A stretch of DNA of 64,000 nt from Candidatus Micrarchaeota archaeon (GTDB lineage Archaea > Micrarchaeota > Micrarchaeia > Burarchaeales > JBFMAP01): contig CAZWEI010000001.1 in assembly GCA_964632135.1 (NCBI GenBank), positions 29,883 through 93,882 on the forward strand, written 5' to 3'. The notes under the pieces were generated by a model. It worked only from the letters and a program-made list of their open reading frames with translations, ran no database searches and had not been told where the DNA came from. Every line of letters starts with the position of its first letter. Position 1 is the stretch's first letter. This document shows positions 55,789 through 64,000 of the stretch, one piece after another. Made by a program: the position numbers and the translations under genes.

Positions 55789-57135
55789 CTACAGCAATCT
55801 CGTGAGCCCTGCTATCTCGACATCCCCGCCGAGCGCAGGCGAGAGCGCCTTTATGAACGCGAGCGTTATGAAAATGTTCAGAAGCGGGAGCGCGACAGCA
55901 GGTATCATCAGCATCGCCGTCGTGTCGAGAACGCCAATTGAGGACATTCCTGTGATTGGATCAATTGCGGGCATCCCTGTTACGGGATCGTACTGCGTGA
56001 AAAGCACCTTTGCAAAATCGCTCGACGACGGGGTTAGGTCGTGCGTGAAAAGGATGAGGTCCTTTGGCTGCGGGGTTCCGTGCGGAATAAGGTCTGTGTT
56101 GAGTTTTGGAAGAACAGGGATGACATCGACAGTGTACCAGCCGAGAACGTACAGCAGCGGGAAAATGGAGTAGAGACCGAGCGCTATCGCGAGCATCAGC
56201 CCGCCGAGTTTGCGCGTGAACCACAGCGTCCTCAGAATCAAGCCAGCCACGAGAAATATCGGGAAAACGCCGTTTTGTATGTAGAGCAGAACCTGCTCCT
56301 GGAACTTCACGCTCAGCATCGCCTTTGCCATGAAGTCCGCGGCTGTCCCGAGTTGCTCGTATAGTACGCCATAGCCCGCGAACGGCGCGATGTCGAACTT
56401 CAGCGAGAAAGGCAGGCCGAGTATGTTTATGTAAAACCCGAAATGCATCGTCTCGACGAACACGAGCTCCGCGTACATCTTCACGGTCGCGCGCGCCTGC
56501 TGTGCTATCTGCTCGTACGTGCGGCCGAGGAATGCGCGCGCGAGGTAGAAGTGGCAGGGATATGTGCAGGTTATCGTGCCGCCCTGGACCGCCTCCCATC
56601 TCCCTGCGCCCTTTCCCGCGCCCGCGCCGGTCTCGCGATAGCGATAGGTGTATGCCGTCGCATTTGGTATTATCACCCACGTCCCTGTTGCATTGGACGC
56701 GCTCCAGCCCGTCTGGCTCCCGAGTATTTTCGCGCCGAACTCCTGCGAAACCGATTCGAGAAGCGGGACGAACACGACGAACGCGCCGAAAAGTATCGCG
56801 GACACGAACGCCTGGTAAATCTCGTTCTTGATGAGCGTTTCCAAATCCCGCAACTGGAACGCGCGCGCGACCATCCACGCGGATATGAGCGCGAAGACCG
56901 CGATGATTATCACGAGCCCGCCGGCGGACTGCCACGTCCCGCCCCATCTCTGCCAAAGGCTCATCGGCGTGGGCCTGCACACGCACCCGCCGGTTGTTGG
57001 TATGCATTCGCCGGAGCAACAGGTGCAGGGCGCGATGGTGCATAACTCGCCTGTTCTCGTGCATCCAGGAGTCGTGCATCCGAACATCAGCAACAGGAGG
57101 ATTGCAAGCGAGACAATCGCCAGCGTTACTCTCAT
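55789..57135 (-). CDS. polytopic membrane protein, same paralog family, member 4 (lipobox-like signal plus Cys-rich N-terminal ectodomain)
   Basis: LLLMFGCTTPGCTRTGELCTIAPCTCCSGEC...; IKNEIYQA; FLVAGLILRTLWFTRKLGGLMLAIALGLYSIFPL; C-terminal PALGGDVEIAGLTRLL. Confidence 0.55.
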   Translation of the reverse strand: MRVTLAIVSLAILLLLMFGCTTPGCTRTGELCTIAPCTCCSGECIPTTGGCVCRPTPMSLWQRWGGTWQSAGGLVIIIAVFALISAWMVARAFQLRDLETLIKNEIYQAFVSAILFGAFVVFVPLLESVSQEFGAKILGSQTGWSASNATGTWVIIPNATAYTYRYRETGAGAGKGAGRWEAVQGGTITCTYPCHFYLARAFLGRTYEQIAQQARATVKMYAELVFVETMHFGFYINILGLPFSLKFDIAPFAGYGVLYEQLGTAADFMAKAMLSVKFQEQVLLYIQNGVFPIFLVAGLILRTLWFTRKLGGLMLAIALGLYSIFPLLYVLGWYTVDVIPVLPKLNTDLIPHGTPQPKDLILFTHDLTPSSSDFAKVLFTQYDPVTGMPAIDPITGMSSIGVLDTTAMLMIPAVALPLLNIFITLAFIKALSPALGGDVEIAGLTRLL

Positions 57136-57141
57136 TCAAGC

Positions 57142-58050
57142 TCACTCCATCAGTTGATAATCATACGTGAATACTGTCACGAGCACACGAATAAACGTGA
57201 TTGTGATTATGAGGTTGAGCGCGGGAAGAAAGACGGCCTGCGGGAGCATCATCCCGATCGTCTGGAACGTGTTGCACACTGTCCCGTGCCCCATCTCCGA
57301 GAAGACGTCGGAGAGCCCGCTCCTCCCGGAACTGCACCACTCCGTGAAACTCCTGTCCAGGCTCACCTCCTCCATCACCTTCATATCGAAAACGTACGTG
57401 AGCGGGAAGACGATGAAAAACCCTATTGCTATCGCCATAAGGTACGCGCCTGCCTCGCGCATGAACGGGACTGTCCTCAAAATGAAGCCTATCGGCAATA
57501 GGAATATGAAGAACGTGTCCTTCACGAACGAGAGGAAAAGTTTCTGGAAAAGAAGGCTCGCCGAAATGGGCGTTACGAGAAACGCGAGGGTCTCGAAAAG
57601 GTAACTCGCCGTGCCGTAGCCTGCGAGTGGAGAGAAGCAGAACAGACCCGTGCAGCTCGGAATCGCAATGCTGAACGCGGCCTTTCTCTGCGCGCTCAGG
57701 CTCATGTCAAACAGGGACTGGACAGCAGGCACCATCTTGCCCCATATCAACCCGTGGAGGTATTTGTCAGAGACCTTGAAGGGGTCTGCGCCTGCCACTC
57801 CCTGTGAAATATCGCATGAGAGCAACGCGAACGAGATGACGCCGCCTATAAGTATGCACGCGACTATCGTCTGGTAGAGTTCGCCCTTCGCCCAGAACTC
57901 CCAATCGGTGCGGCGCGTGAACTGGGAAATCATGTACACGAGCGCGACCAGGAAGAACGAGATGAGAAGGGCTAGCGCCATGAACGGAACCCAGTTCCAA
58001 TAGTCCGACTGGAATGTGCAGTAGTACGTTAGCGCAGCCATTTGGGACAC
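57142..58050 (-). CDS. polytopic membrane protein, same paralog family, member 5 (lacks the shared C-terminal motif)
   Basis: AKGELYQT; LLPIGFILRTVPFMREAGAYLMAIAIGFFIVFPL; ends ...VFTYDYQLME, six nt before the next gene. Confidence 0.5.
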   Translation of the reverse strand: MSQMAALTYYCTFQSDYWNWVPFMALALLISFFLVALVYMISQFTRRTDWEFWAKGELYQTIVACILIGGVISFALLSCDISQGVAGADPFKVSDKYLHGLIWGKMVPAVQSLFDMSLSAQRKAAFSIAIPSCTGLFCFSPLAGYGTASYLFETLAFLVTPISASLLFQKLFLSFVKDTFFIFLLPIGFILRTVPFMREAGAYLMAIAIGFFIVFPLTYVFDMKVMEEVSLDRSFTEWCSSGRSGLSDVFSEMGHGTVCNTFQTIGMMLPQAVFLPALNLIITITFIRVLVTVFTYDYQLME

Positions 58051-58071
58051 CTGTGCACACAGCTCATAATT

Positions 58072-59826
58072 TCATATGAACTCCGCAAGACCGGTTATTC
58101 TCGCCTCTCCTCCGAGAGCTGTTGAGAGCGAGCGCATCGCCGTTACAACTATTATCAAATCAAGTATTGGGAAGACGAACGCTGCGATGATGGGCTGCAT
58201 CATCCAGGGCACGGCGTCGGCGTAATAATCAAAACCGCTTCCAGCCACTTCGCCAACTCCCGGATAGAAAACGCTCGCGATCATGACAAGAACGAAAGCG
58301 ATGATTTGGATGAACGCCCACACCATGCTCCATATCCACATTATTATTGCAAAAAAGAAACACCAGGGGAACTTCCACCACTTGTCGCAGTAGTGCGAGA
58401 ACCTCGGGCCCTGGAACGCGTCGGTTATGCTCCCCATGTCGAGCATTTTCAGCGGGAGAGCGCCCCAGTATTCTTCCCGCGGTATCGGGGTAACCGAGCT
58501 GTATATCTCGTTGTTCATGACAAGGGTGAGCGGATAAACTACGTACGCGCCTATTGCGACCGCCATCAGCGTCGCGCCCAATTTCCTCGTGAGCGTGAAC
58601 GAGCGCAGGACGACGCCTATTGGCAGGAATATTTTGAACATCGTCTCTGAGATGAATTGGAGTAGGACGAACTGTCCTATCATCGAGAAGAGCGCGAGCG
58701 AAATGAGGTTCGCGCCCGTGTTTATTATATTGGAAATTATCGAAAGTCCGTAGAATGGCGAGAACGAAAAGGAGAACCCCAGGAAAATTGGGAACAGGCC
58801 TATCACCGGGGGCGGTACTGCCCCGGCGCCCCCTTCTGAAGGAGGCTTGGGGCACTGCTTCCCGATGCACGTGCCAAAGCCCGCGCCTCCTCCGAGATAC
58901 TGAATCAGACCTATCCCGAACTCCGCCTTCACTGTTTTTCCAAATGCGGCGAGGAGGTCGCCTGACACGCGGTTCGTGTAGCCCTGCGCTATGCTCATGT
59001 AGTCCTCGCCGCTGACAGTCCCAAAGTCTTGGATGACGGTGTTGGACAAAAAGACGAGGAATATTATGCTGCCCACGAACCACACGGAAACGGAAACCTC
59101 CACGAATTCCCTTCTCGCGTAAGCGTGGAGTTCAGGGGAATGGAGGAATGAGGCGACCATTATCAGCAGCGCGACTAGCATGTAGCCGATTATTAGCGCG
59201 ACGAGCGTTATCGGAACCCATGTGTTCCACGCGTCAACCGTGAGCGTGCTGCCGAGAATCGAGGACGAGAAATTCGTGCACGCGTTGTTAAAGCAGTACT
59301 GGCCGCCTGAGCATGGGCAGTCCTCGCAGCAGAAGGAGGTGTTTTCAAAATATGGCGAGCCGGAATCGCAGGTCCCGTTGTAGTTGCAGCATGGGGTGAC
59401 GAGGCGCGTGGCGCACGCTCCCCAGTGGCAGTATTTTTCTCTGCAGATTTCAGTCGCAGGGCCTATGCAGCCCGGCGCAGGCGCGCCGTTGATTCCGACA
59501 TACTCGCATTTGGAGGTCACCGCTTCCAAAGGGGCGTACACCACGTCGTCACTCGCGTTGTATAGAACGCACGTTTTGTAGCCGCATATAAAGAGCTCGT
59601 AGCACTGGCATTGGGTATCATTGTATATGCAAAAAGGCGTGTCGTCCCTGACGCACTTATACGTATCCGGATCGCAGCGCTCGAGCGTGCACGGCTCCTT
59701 GTCGTGGTCGCATTGGGTTAGGTTTGCTGAGAACGGGTCGCAGGACTCCCCGAGCGCGTGAGCGGGCTTGGCGAACAAAAACAATATCACAAATAGTAAC
59801 ACGATTGTCTTTGGCAAGGAGTTCAT
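58072..59826 (-). CDS. polytopic membrane protein, same paralog family, member 6 (signal peptide plus ~200-aa Cys-rich N-terminal ectodomain)
   Basis: More than 30 Cys in the first 200 aa; ARREFVEV; FLPIGVVLRSFTLTRKLGATLMAVAIGAYVVYPL; C-terminal TALGGEARITGLAEFI. Confidence 0.55.
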   Translation of the reverse strand: MNSLPKTIVLLFVILFLFAKPAHALGESCDPFSANLTQCDHDKEPCTLERCDPDTYKCVRDDTPFCIYNDTQCQCYELFICGYKTCVLYNASDDVVYAPLEAVTSKCEYVGINGAPAPGCIGPATEICREKYCHWGACATRLVTPCCNYNGTCDSGSPYFENTSFCCEDCPCSGGQYCFNNACTNFSSSILGSTLTVDAWNTWVPITLVALIIGYMLVALLIMVASFLHSPELHAYARREFVEVSVSVWFVGSIIFLVFLSNTVIQDFGTVSGEDYMSIAQGYTNRVSGDLLAAFGKTVKAEFGIGLIQYLGGGAGFGTCIGKQCPKPPSEGGAGAVPPPVIGLFPIFLGFSFSFSPFYGLSIISNIINTGANLISLALFSMIGQFVLLQFISETMFKIFLPIGVVLRSFTLTRKLGATLMAVAIGAYVVYPLTLVMNNEIYSSVTPIPREEYWGALPLKMLDMGSITDAFQGPRFSHYCDKWWKFPWCFFFAIIMWIWSMVWAFIQIIAFVLVMIASVFYPGVGEVAGSGFDYYADAVPWMMQPIIAAFVFPILDLIIVVTAMRSLSTALGGEARITGLAEFI

Positions 59827-59946
59827 TATTCGCGCACCAATAGTATTTCGTAGAAGGGTTTTAATCCTTTGCTGAGTTGTACTCCGCGCAACGTCTCGCG
59901 CACGCGCTTAGGATAAATATATAAACTTCGGAGAGGATACACAATC

Positions 59947-62900
59947 ATGCGGGCGTTAGCGTTCGTTTTTGCCTGTTCGCTGTTTCTGTTTCTGTTAGCG
60001 AACCCTGCGCTCGGGCAGACGTGCGCTGTTGGGAAACTGCCCACCTACATAGAAGTTACAACCGTTTCAAACGAGAACGTTGGCACGCTGGAGGCAAAGG
60101 CGACCCTTTATTACGTTGATGATTTCAGGAAGACGACCGGCGTGCTTCCTTACCAGGACGTCTATTTTCAAAAATGCCCGTCAGGCTGCCCGCCGGGCAG
60201 CAAAATATGCGACCTGGGCTGCTGCGACAACGCAGGCGGACGTTACTGCGGCCCCTCCACACTGAGGTTCTGCCTTCCTTCGGAATGGATGTGCGACAGG
60301 GGCTGTTGTTTTGCAGATGCAAGCACAATAAAGGGCAGGACCGACAGCAACGGGGAGGCGTTCGCGGTTTTTCCAAAGGACAACATATCCGTGGTCGCGA
60401 TGTACAAGGGGGGCGACAGGTATTTCCCGAGCAACAGCAGCGGCACGTACGGCTCGAGCCCGCTCGGGAACATCACGCTGGGCGCGTGCTTCCCGCTGTT
60501 CCTCCTTCTCGGCCTCCTTCTCGTGGCGATGGGCGCCGCGGGATACAACCCCCTCGGTATGTTTGATTTCTCCGCGGTCCGCGTCCCGCGCGCGCGAATC
60601 CGTCCGCTCATCAGCTTCCAGATGAGCTCGCGCGCGATAACCGCATCACTGGCTCTGGGCGCGAAAAGGAACTTGGAAAAGGCGAGTGTCGACCTGCAGA
60701 TGCTGAAGGACTTGAAGGCCAAGCTCGGCAATGAAACCGACCCAGGCAAGAAAAAGGAATTGCAGAATAAAATCGATGGCCTAGAGAGCAAATACGGTAA
60801 ACAGGACGCAAAAAAAATCGCAGACTCTGAAAAAAAACTCAAGGACGTCGCGCGCGAGTTGCAGGAGGAGAAGAAAAAGGGGAAGAACGCCGACCCGGGA
60901 AAAATCGCAAGTTTGAAAAAAGAGTTGGACGATGAAAAGCGCAGTTTGCATCTGGAAAAAGGCAAGACTGGGCGCAGCGTTGAGGAAACCATCGAACATC
61001 TGAAGAAACAGGTTAGGTTCTTTGAGAACCTTACGAGTCCGCAGCCAGTTAAAATGGGCAAAGTAGTGGACGTTATAACCGGCGCGCCTGTCGCAGGAAT
61101 GGCTATAAGAGCGATAGGAAAAGCGCTCAAAGGGAAGAAACACGAAGAGAAAAAAACTGAAGAAGGCGGAGAAACTCAAGAGAAGATGGTCCAACGGGTC
61201 AAGACAGTCAAGGATGTAACAGTGCTCGGGAAAGCCTCTGGCACAGTTTGGAAGGGAGCGAAATTCGTCGCTAAGATGACCCTCTGGTCGTTCAAGGCCC
61301 CTTTTGCAGGGATAAAGAAATTCGGCGAGTGGTGGGACGAGTTTGCAAAGAGCAAGGCAGGCCGGGGCATCTTTAGTTTCTTGGGAATCGTAACTTTCGG
61401 CATGGCTGGAAGGAAGGATTACGGCACGAACATAAGCATTGGTCCTGTCACGTTCTACGCAGGGAGCCCAGGATACATAGAAACGGTGTATGGCTGGATG
61501 GATGCGCGGGCATTACTGATGCAGCAAAACAAGAAGGTCGTGAAACAGATAGGCGATGCTCTTGAGATTGACGGGGACGTGGTTTGGGTGACGATTGCAA
61601 GCGGGTATTTTAGCATTGGCGGCGCCGGGGCAAGAAGAGATGACGTTCTGAGAGAGGAACACAGGATTCACAAGGACAAAGATGGCAATGTCGTGGAAAA
61701 ACTGGTTTCCAGCAAGGCGACGGAAGGCAGCGGCGAGAACGTGAAGGACGTGGTGCTTTACAAGGACATGCGCAAGGACAAGGACAATAATGTTTATGTG
61801 AATGGCGTTTACGTTAGGGAGGCCGACGGCACGATTTCTGAGGTGGAGTTGAATGAGAAGGGAGAGCCGATACTCGATAGCGAGGGGAAATTCAAGAGGG
61901 TCGGCAAGCCGCTGGTGATTTATGAAACCGGAAAGAAGCACGGGCTGGTTCTGCTCGAGCCGACTGGCGTGATAGAAGCCTATCAGGGGAAGGAAGGCAA
62001 CACGTCATTTGCGCGCGCGCTTATACGCAAAGTCGTTGGAGTGCTGGGTTTCGCGGACGCAGTGGCCGGCGCATTTGTCCCGTTGCGGTACGGGATGATG
62101 AGCCGCAGAATCTATGATACATCAACAGGAACGGCGGAGATAGGAGTTGCAGAGCCAGAGGACAAAATTGTTTTCATGGCGCTGGATGCAATTGAGAGGA
62201 GCAGAACTGCTGCCGAGAGATACAAGGAAGATGTGATGGATCTCGCCAAGCATAGCAGCATGCAAGACGAGATAAGAAGGATACTTGATGACAAAACGCT
62301 CGCGCCGAATGAAAAATTTGAAGCGCTCAGCACGCTGCTGAAACGGGCCTATGAAAAGAAAGCGCCTCCTGAGGACAGAGGAAAAACCATACTGAGAAAA
62401 ATATTTACTGGCGAAGGCAGCAAGCAGGAGGATGAGGAGGAGGACGTTAAAATACTCACAAAGATACTGACGCGATACAGGTGGATGATGGAAGCCGAAT
62501 CCAGCGCGAGTATGGGCCAGGACCACCTTGAGATGATAAACGCGATGAGCGTGAGGCGCGCGAGGCTTCAGAAGGGCGATAGGGAGATAGATGAAGCAAA
62601 GGAAAAGCTTGCTGACGCGAGCAAGTCATTTGGGTTATCCGTGCCGGAAGCGTGGGAAGTCCTCTACGACAACCTAGGCGAGCACAGAAAAAAAATAACC
62701 GAGAAAAGCGAGGCGCTGAAGAAGGACGCGACTGCGAAGGAGAGCAAGAAACTCGACGAAAAGACAAAAGAAATAATGCAGAAATTAGATGAGTATGTGA
62801 ACACTGTTCGCAGGAACTACGCTGACAACGAGTTCCAGGCCGGCGTTGCTCTTGGACTTATCTATGTGACTTCAAAACGCATAGATGAGATCGACAAGAA

Positions 62901-64000
62901 GATCAAAAAAGAAGATGATGAGGACAATAAAAACGCGCTTAGGAATGAGAGGGAGCAATGGGATAACCTGCAGGATTTTGTTTATGAGTTCAAGCCTAGC
63001 GGAGAGCGGACCGCGAGCATCTCCGCGCTGTTGAAGTCAGTTGTTGAGGGAAAAGACGGCAGGGATAAGCTCACGGCCAAAAGGGATGATCTCACGGCTG
63101 AAGTGGAGAAGTACAAAAAGGAGGTTTACTCGGTCGAGGATGCGTATTACGGTGTGGCTAGGGTGGACGCCATCAGGACTGCAAAAGAAGGGGGGATTGA
63201 AAAAATTGATGAGTTAAGAGAAACATCCGCGAAGACCGGAAATGAAAACGAATCGAAGTTGTTGAGGACGTTGGAGATTGACGGGCTGAGGAAAAAGGCG
63301 GTTGATACTGGAAATCTGAAAGAAAACGAACTGAAGTTATTGACGAAATTGGGGATCGAGGAACTTGACGAACGCAGGAGAGCGGCAAGAGACGCGGGAA
63401 CGCCAAGTGAACTCGTTTTATTGACTGAGTCGGAGATTTCTGATCTTAGGGGGTTAGCTGTGAGTAAGGAAAGATTGGAAGAGGACAAGCTTAAACTTTT
63501 GACTGAGTCGGAAGGGAGGCTGGAAAAGGAGTTGCTAAACCCTCGACTACCGGAGTCCGTGCCTCGTAGGGACGTGGAAGAATACGTTCTTCTTTCCGAG
63601 AATAAGATGGGGGAAGCCTGCAACACGTTTAAAGAAACATTCGGAATTGAACCGACGCCCGAAAACGTAAATGCAATGTACGAAGAACTCGCCAACCAGC
63701 CCAGCATGGAGCAGATTCTTGCAATGCGCGCGTATCCGCAGATTAAGGGGGCCATGGATGAGACGCGTTCTATGCTAACCGAGGGTCTTGACAAAGCGGG
63801 ATATTTCGACGAATTCAAGAAAAACCCGGGGCTACTTTCAGAAAATGACGGCTATAGATATGAGGAGAGTAAAGACAAGTACAAAGAAGAAGAAGCGGAA
63901 AACCAGCACTTCGACGGTATCTTCAACCCGGAGGAGCCTGGCGCGCTGTTCTACAATGCAATCGAGTTGCTTGAGCAGGAGGAGATGGATCCTGAGAAGA
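59947..64000 (+). CDS. giant membrane-anchored coiled-coil protein (more than 1350 aa, 3' end beyond the window): signal peptide, Cys-rich ectodomain, single TM, long repetitive charged coiled-coil region
   Basis: The + frame is open from the ATG at 59947 to the window end (4054 nt). MRALAFVFACSLFLFLLANPALG signal; about 160-aa Cys-rich region; TM LGACFPLFLLLGLLLVAMGAAGY; then K/E-rich heptad-like sequence with internal repeats (ENESKLLRTLEIDGL / ENELKLLTKLGIEEL / ELVLLTESEISDL / KLKLLTESEGRLEKEL). Not in the ORF track because no stop occurs in the window. Confidence 0.55.
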   Translation, partial: MRALAFVFACSLFLFLLANPALGQTCAVGKLPTYIEVTTVSNENVGTLEAKATLYYVDDFRKTTGVLPYQDVYFQKCPSGCPPGSKICDLGCCDNAGGRYCGPSTLRFCLPSEWMCDRGCCFADASTIKGRTDSNGEAFAVFPKDNISVVAMYKGGDRYFPSNSSGTYGSSPLGNITLGACFPLFLLLGLLLVAMGAAGYNPLGMFDFSAVRVPRARIRPLISFQMSSRAITASLALGAKRNLEKASVDLQMLKDLKAKLGNETDPGKKKELQNKIDGLESKYGKQDAKKIADSEKKLKDVARELQEEKKKGKNADPGKIASLKKELDDEKRSLHLEKGKTGRSVEETIEHLKKQVRFFENLTSPQPVKMGKVVDVITGAPVAGMAIRAIGKALKGKKHEEKKTEEGGETQEKMVQRVKTVKDVTVLGKASGTVWKGAKFVAKMTLWSFKAPFAGIKKFGEWWDEFAKSKAGRGIFSFLGIVTFGMAGRKDYGTNISIGPVTFYAGSPGYIETVYGWMDARALLMQQNKKVVKQIGDALEIDGDVVWVTIASGYFSIGGAGARRDDVLREEHRIHKDKDGNVVEKLVSSKATEGSGENVKDVVLYKDMRKDKDNNVYVNGVYVREADGTISEVELNEKGEPILDSEGKFKRVGKPLVIYETGKKHGLVLLEPTGVIEAYQGKEGNTSFARALIRKVVGVLGFADAVAGAFVPLRYGMMSRRIYDTSTGTAEIGVAEPEDKIVFMALDAIERSRTAAERYKEDVMDLAKHSSMQDEIRRILDDKTLAPNEKFEALSTLLKRAYEKKAPPEDRGKTILRKIFTGEGSKQEDEEEDVKILTKILTRYRWMMEAESSASMGQDHLEMINAMSVRRARLQKGDREIDEAKEKLADASKSFGLSVPEAWEVLYDNLGEHRKKITEKSEALKKDATAKESKKLDEKTKEIMQKLDEYVNTVRRNYADNEFQAGVALGLIYVTSKRIDEIDKKIKKEDDEDNKNALRNEREQWDNLQDFVYEFKPSGERTASISALLKSVVEGKDGRDKLTAKRDDLTAEVEKYKKEVYSVEDAYYGVARVDAIRTAKEGGIEKIDELRETSAKTGNENESKLLRTLEIDGLRKKAVDTGNLKENELKLLTKLGIEELDERRRAARDAGTPSELVLLTESEISDLRGLAVSKERLEEDKLKLLTESEGRLEKELLNPRLPESVPRRDVEEYVLLSENKMGEACNTFKETFGIEPTPENVNAMYEELANQPSMEQILAMRAYPQIKGAMDETRSMLTEGLDKAGYFDEFKKNPGLLSENDGYRYEESKDKYKEEEAENQHFDGIFNPEEPGALFYNAIELLEQEEMDPEK

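Noticed and set aside
60243-62767. Minus-strand ORFs 60243-61130 (295 aa), 60781-61194, 61513-61941, 62122-62526, 62456-62767
   Set aside because: They are antisense to a 4-kb stop-free + frame that starts with a canonical signal peptide and TM helix. The + strand gene, unlisted because it has no stop in the window, explains the region far better.
1-64000. CRISPR arrays and rRNA genes
   Set aside because: No regularly spaced direct repeats of 25-40 bp with unique spacers were seen. The tandem repeats found are coding (Cys-rich modules, EK tract). No 16S/23S/5S-like conserved stretches were recognised.

Overview
This GC-rich window looks archaeal: it carries a group II chaperonin (thermosome), archaeal DnaG primase, the Holliday-junction resolvase Hjc, a Hef-type helicase, and lipobox-like signal peptides. 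Gene identities below were inferred by reading the six-frame translations for family motifs; no database search was run. About 42 kb at the left is mostly housekeeping genes (kbl, a PurD-like ligase, a DEAD-box helicase, Hef, nadE, a suhB/IMPase-like gene, thermosome, an MrfA-like helicase, an ECF transporter, hjc, dnaG), interrupted by accessory segments. (1) At 12.5-15.5 kb, a tandem pair of thioredoxin-CcdA membrane proteins sits beside a CCG-domain (HdrB-like) protein. (2) At 17.4-18.9 kb, an AT-rich stretch contains a resolvase-type HTH remnant. (3) At 19.6-21.0 kb, a solo IS200/IS605-family TnpB sits next to an intron-containing tRNA (21109-21274). (4) At 23065-29617, a 6.55-kb unit transposon with about 16-bp imperfect terminal inverted repeats is flanked by a 10-bp target duplication (CCGGCCCACA). 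It carries an IS4/IS5-type DDE transposase and restriction-modification cargo (Dcm m5C methyltransferase, Vsr, a putative PD-(D/E)xK endonuclease, an AlbA_2/HATPase_c_4 protein, an HTH regulator). It is inserted just upstream of the thermosome TATA box. The right ~22 kb (42.2-64.0 kb) is the most unusual part. A tightly packed ten-gene minus-strand operon ends in a LonB-like AAA+ ATPase that has neither protease domain nor membrane anchor. Upstream of it are an 806-aa tandem-repeat Cys-rich glycoprotein, a 1888-aa giant secreted glycoprotein, a 245-aa N-anchored protein, and six consecutive paralogous polytopic membrane proteins. The six paralogs share the motifs NE[LIF]YQ and LPIGxxLRxFPxTRxxGGxLMAIAIGxYxVxPL, and five of the six share a C-terminal LG[GA][DE]V[DE]I..LTR[LI][LI]. 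A divergently transcribed gene of more than 1350 aa, running off the window, encodes a signal-peptide, Cys-rich ectodomain, single-TM, coiled-coil giant protein. I could not place the paralog family in any family I recognise; it is a candidate novel cell-envelope or surface-assembly system. No CRISPR arrays or rRNA genes were seen.
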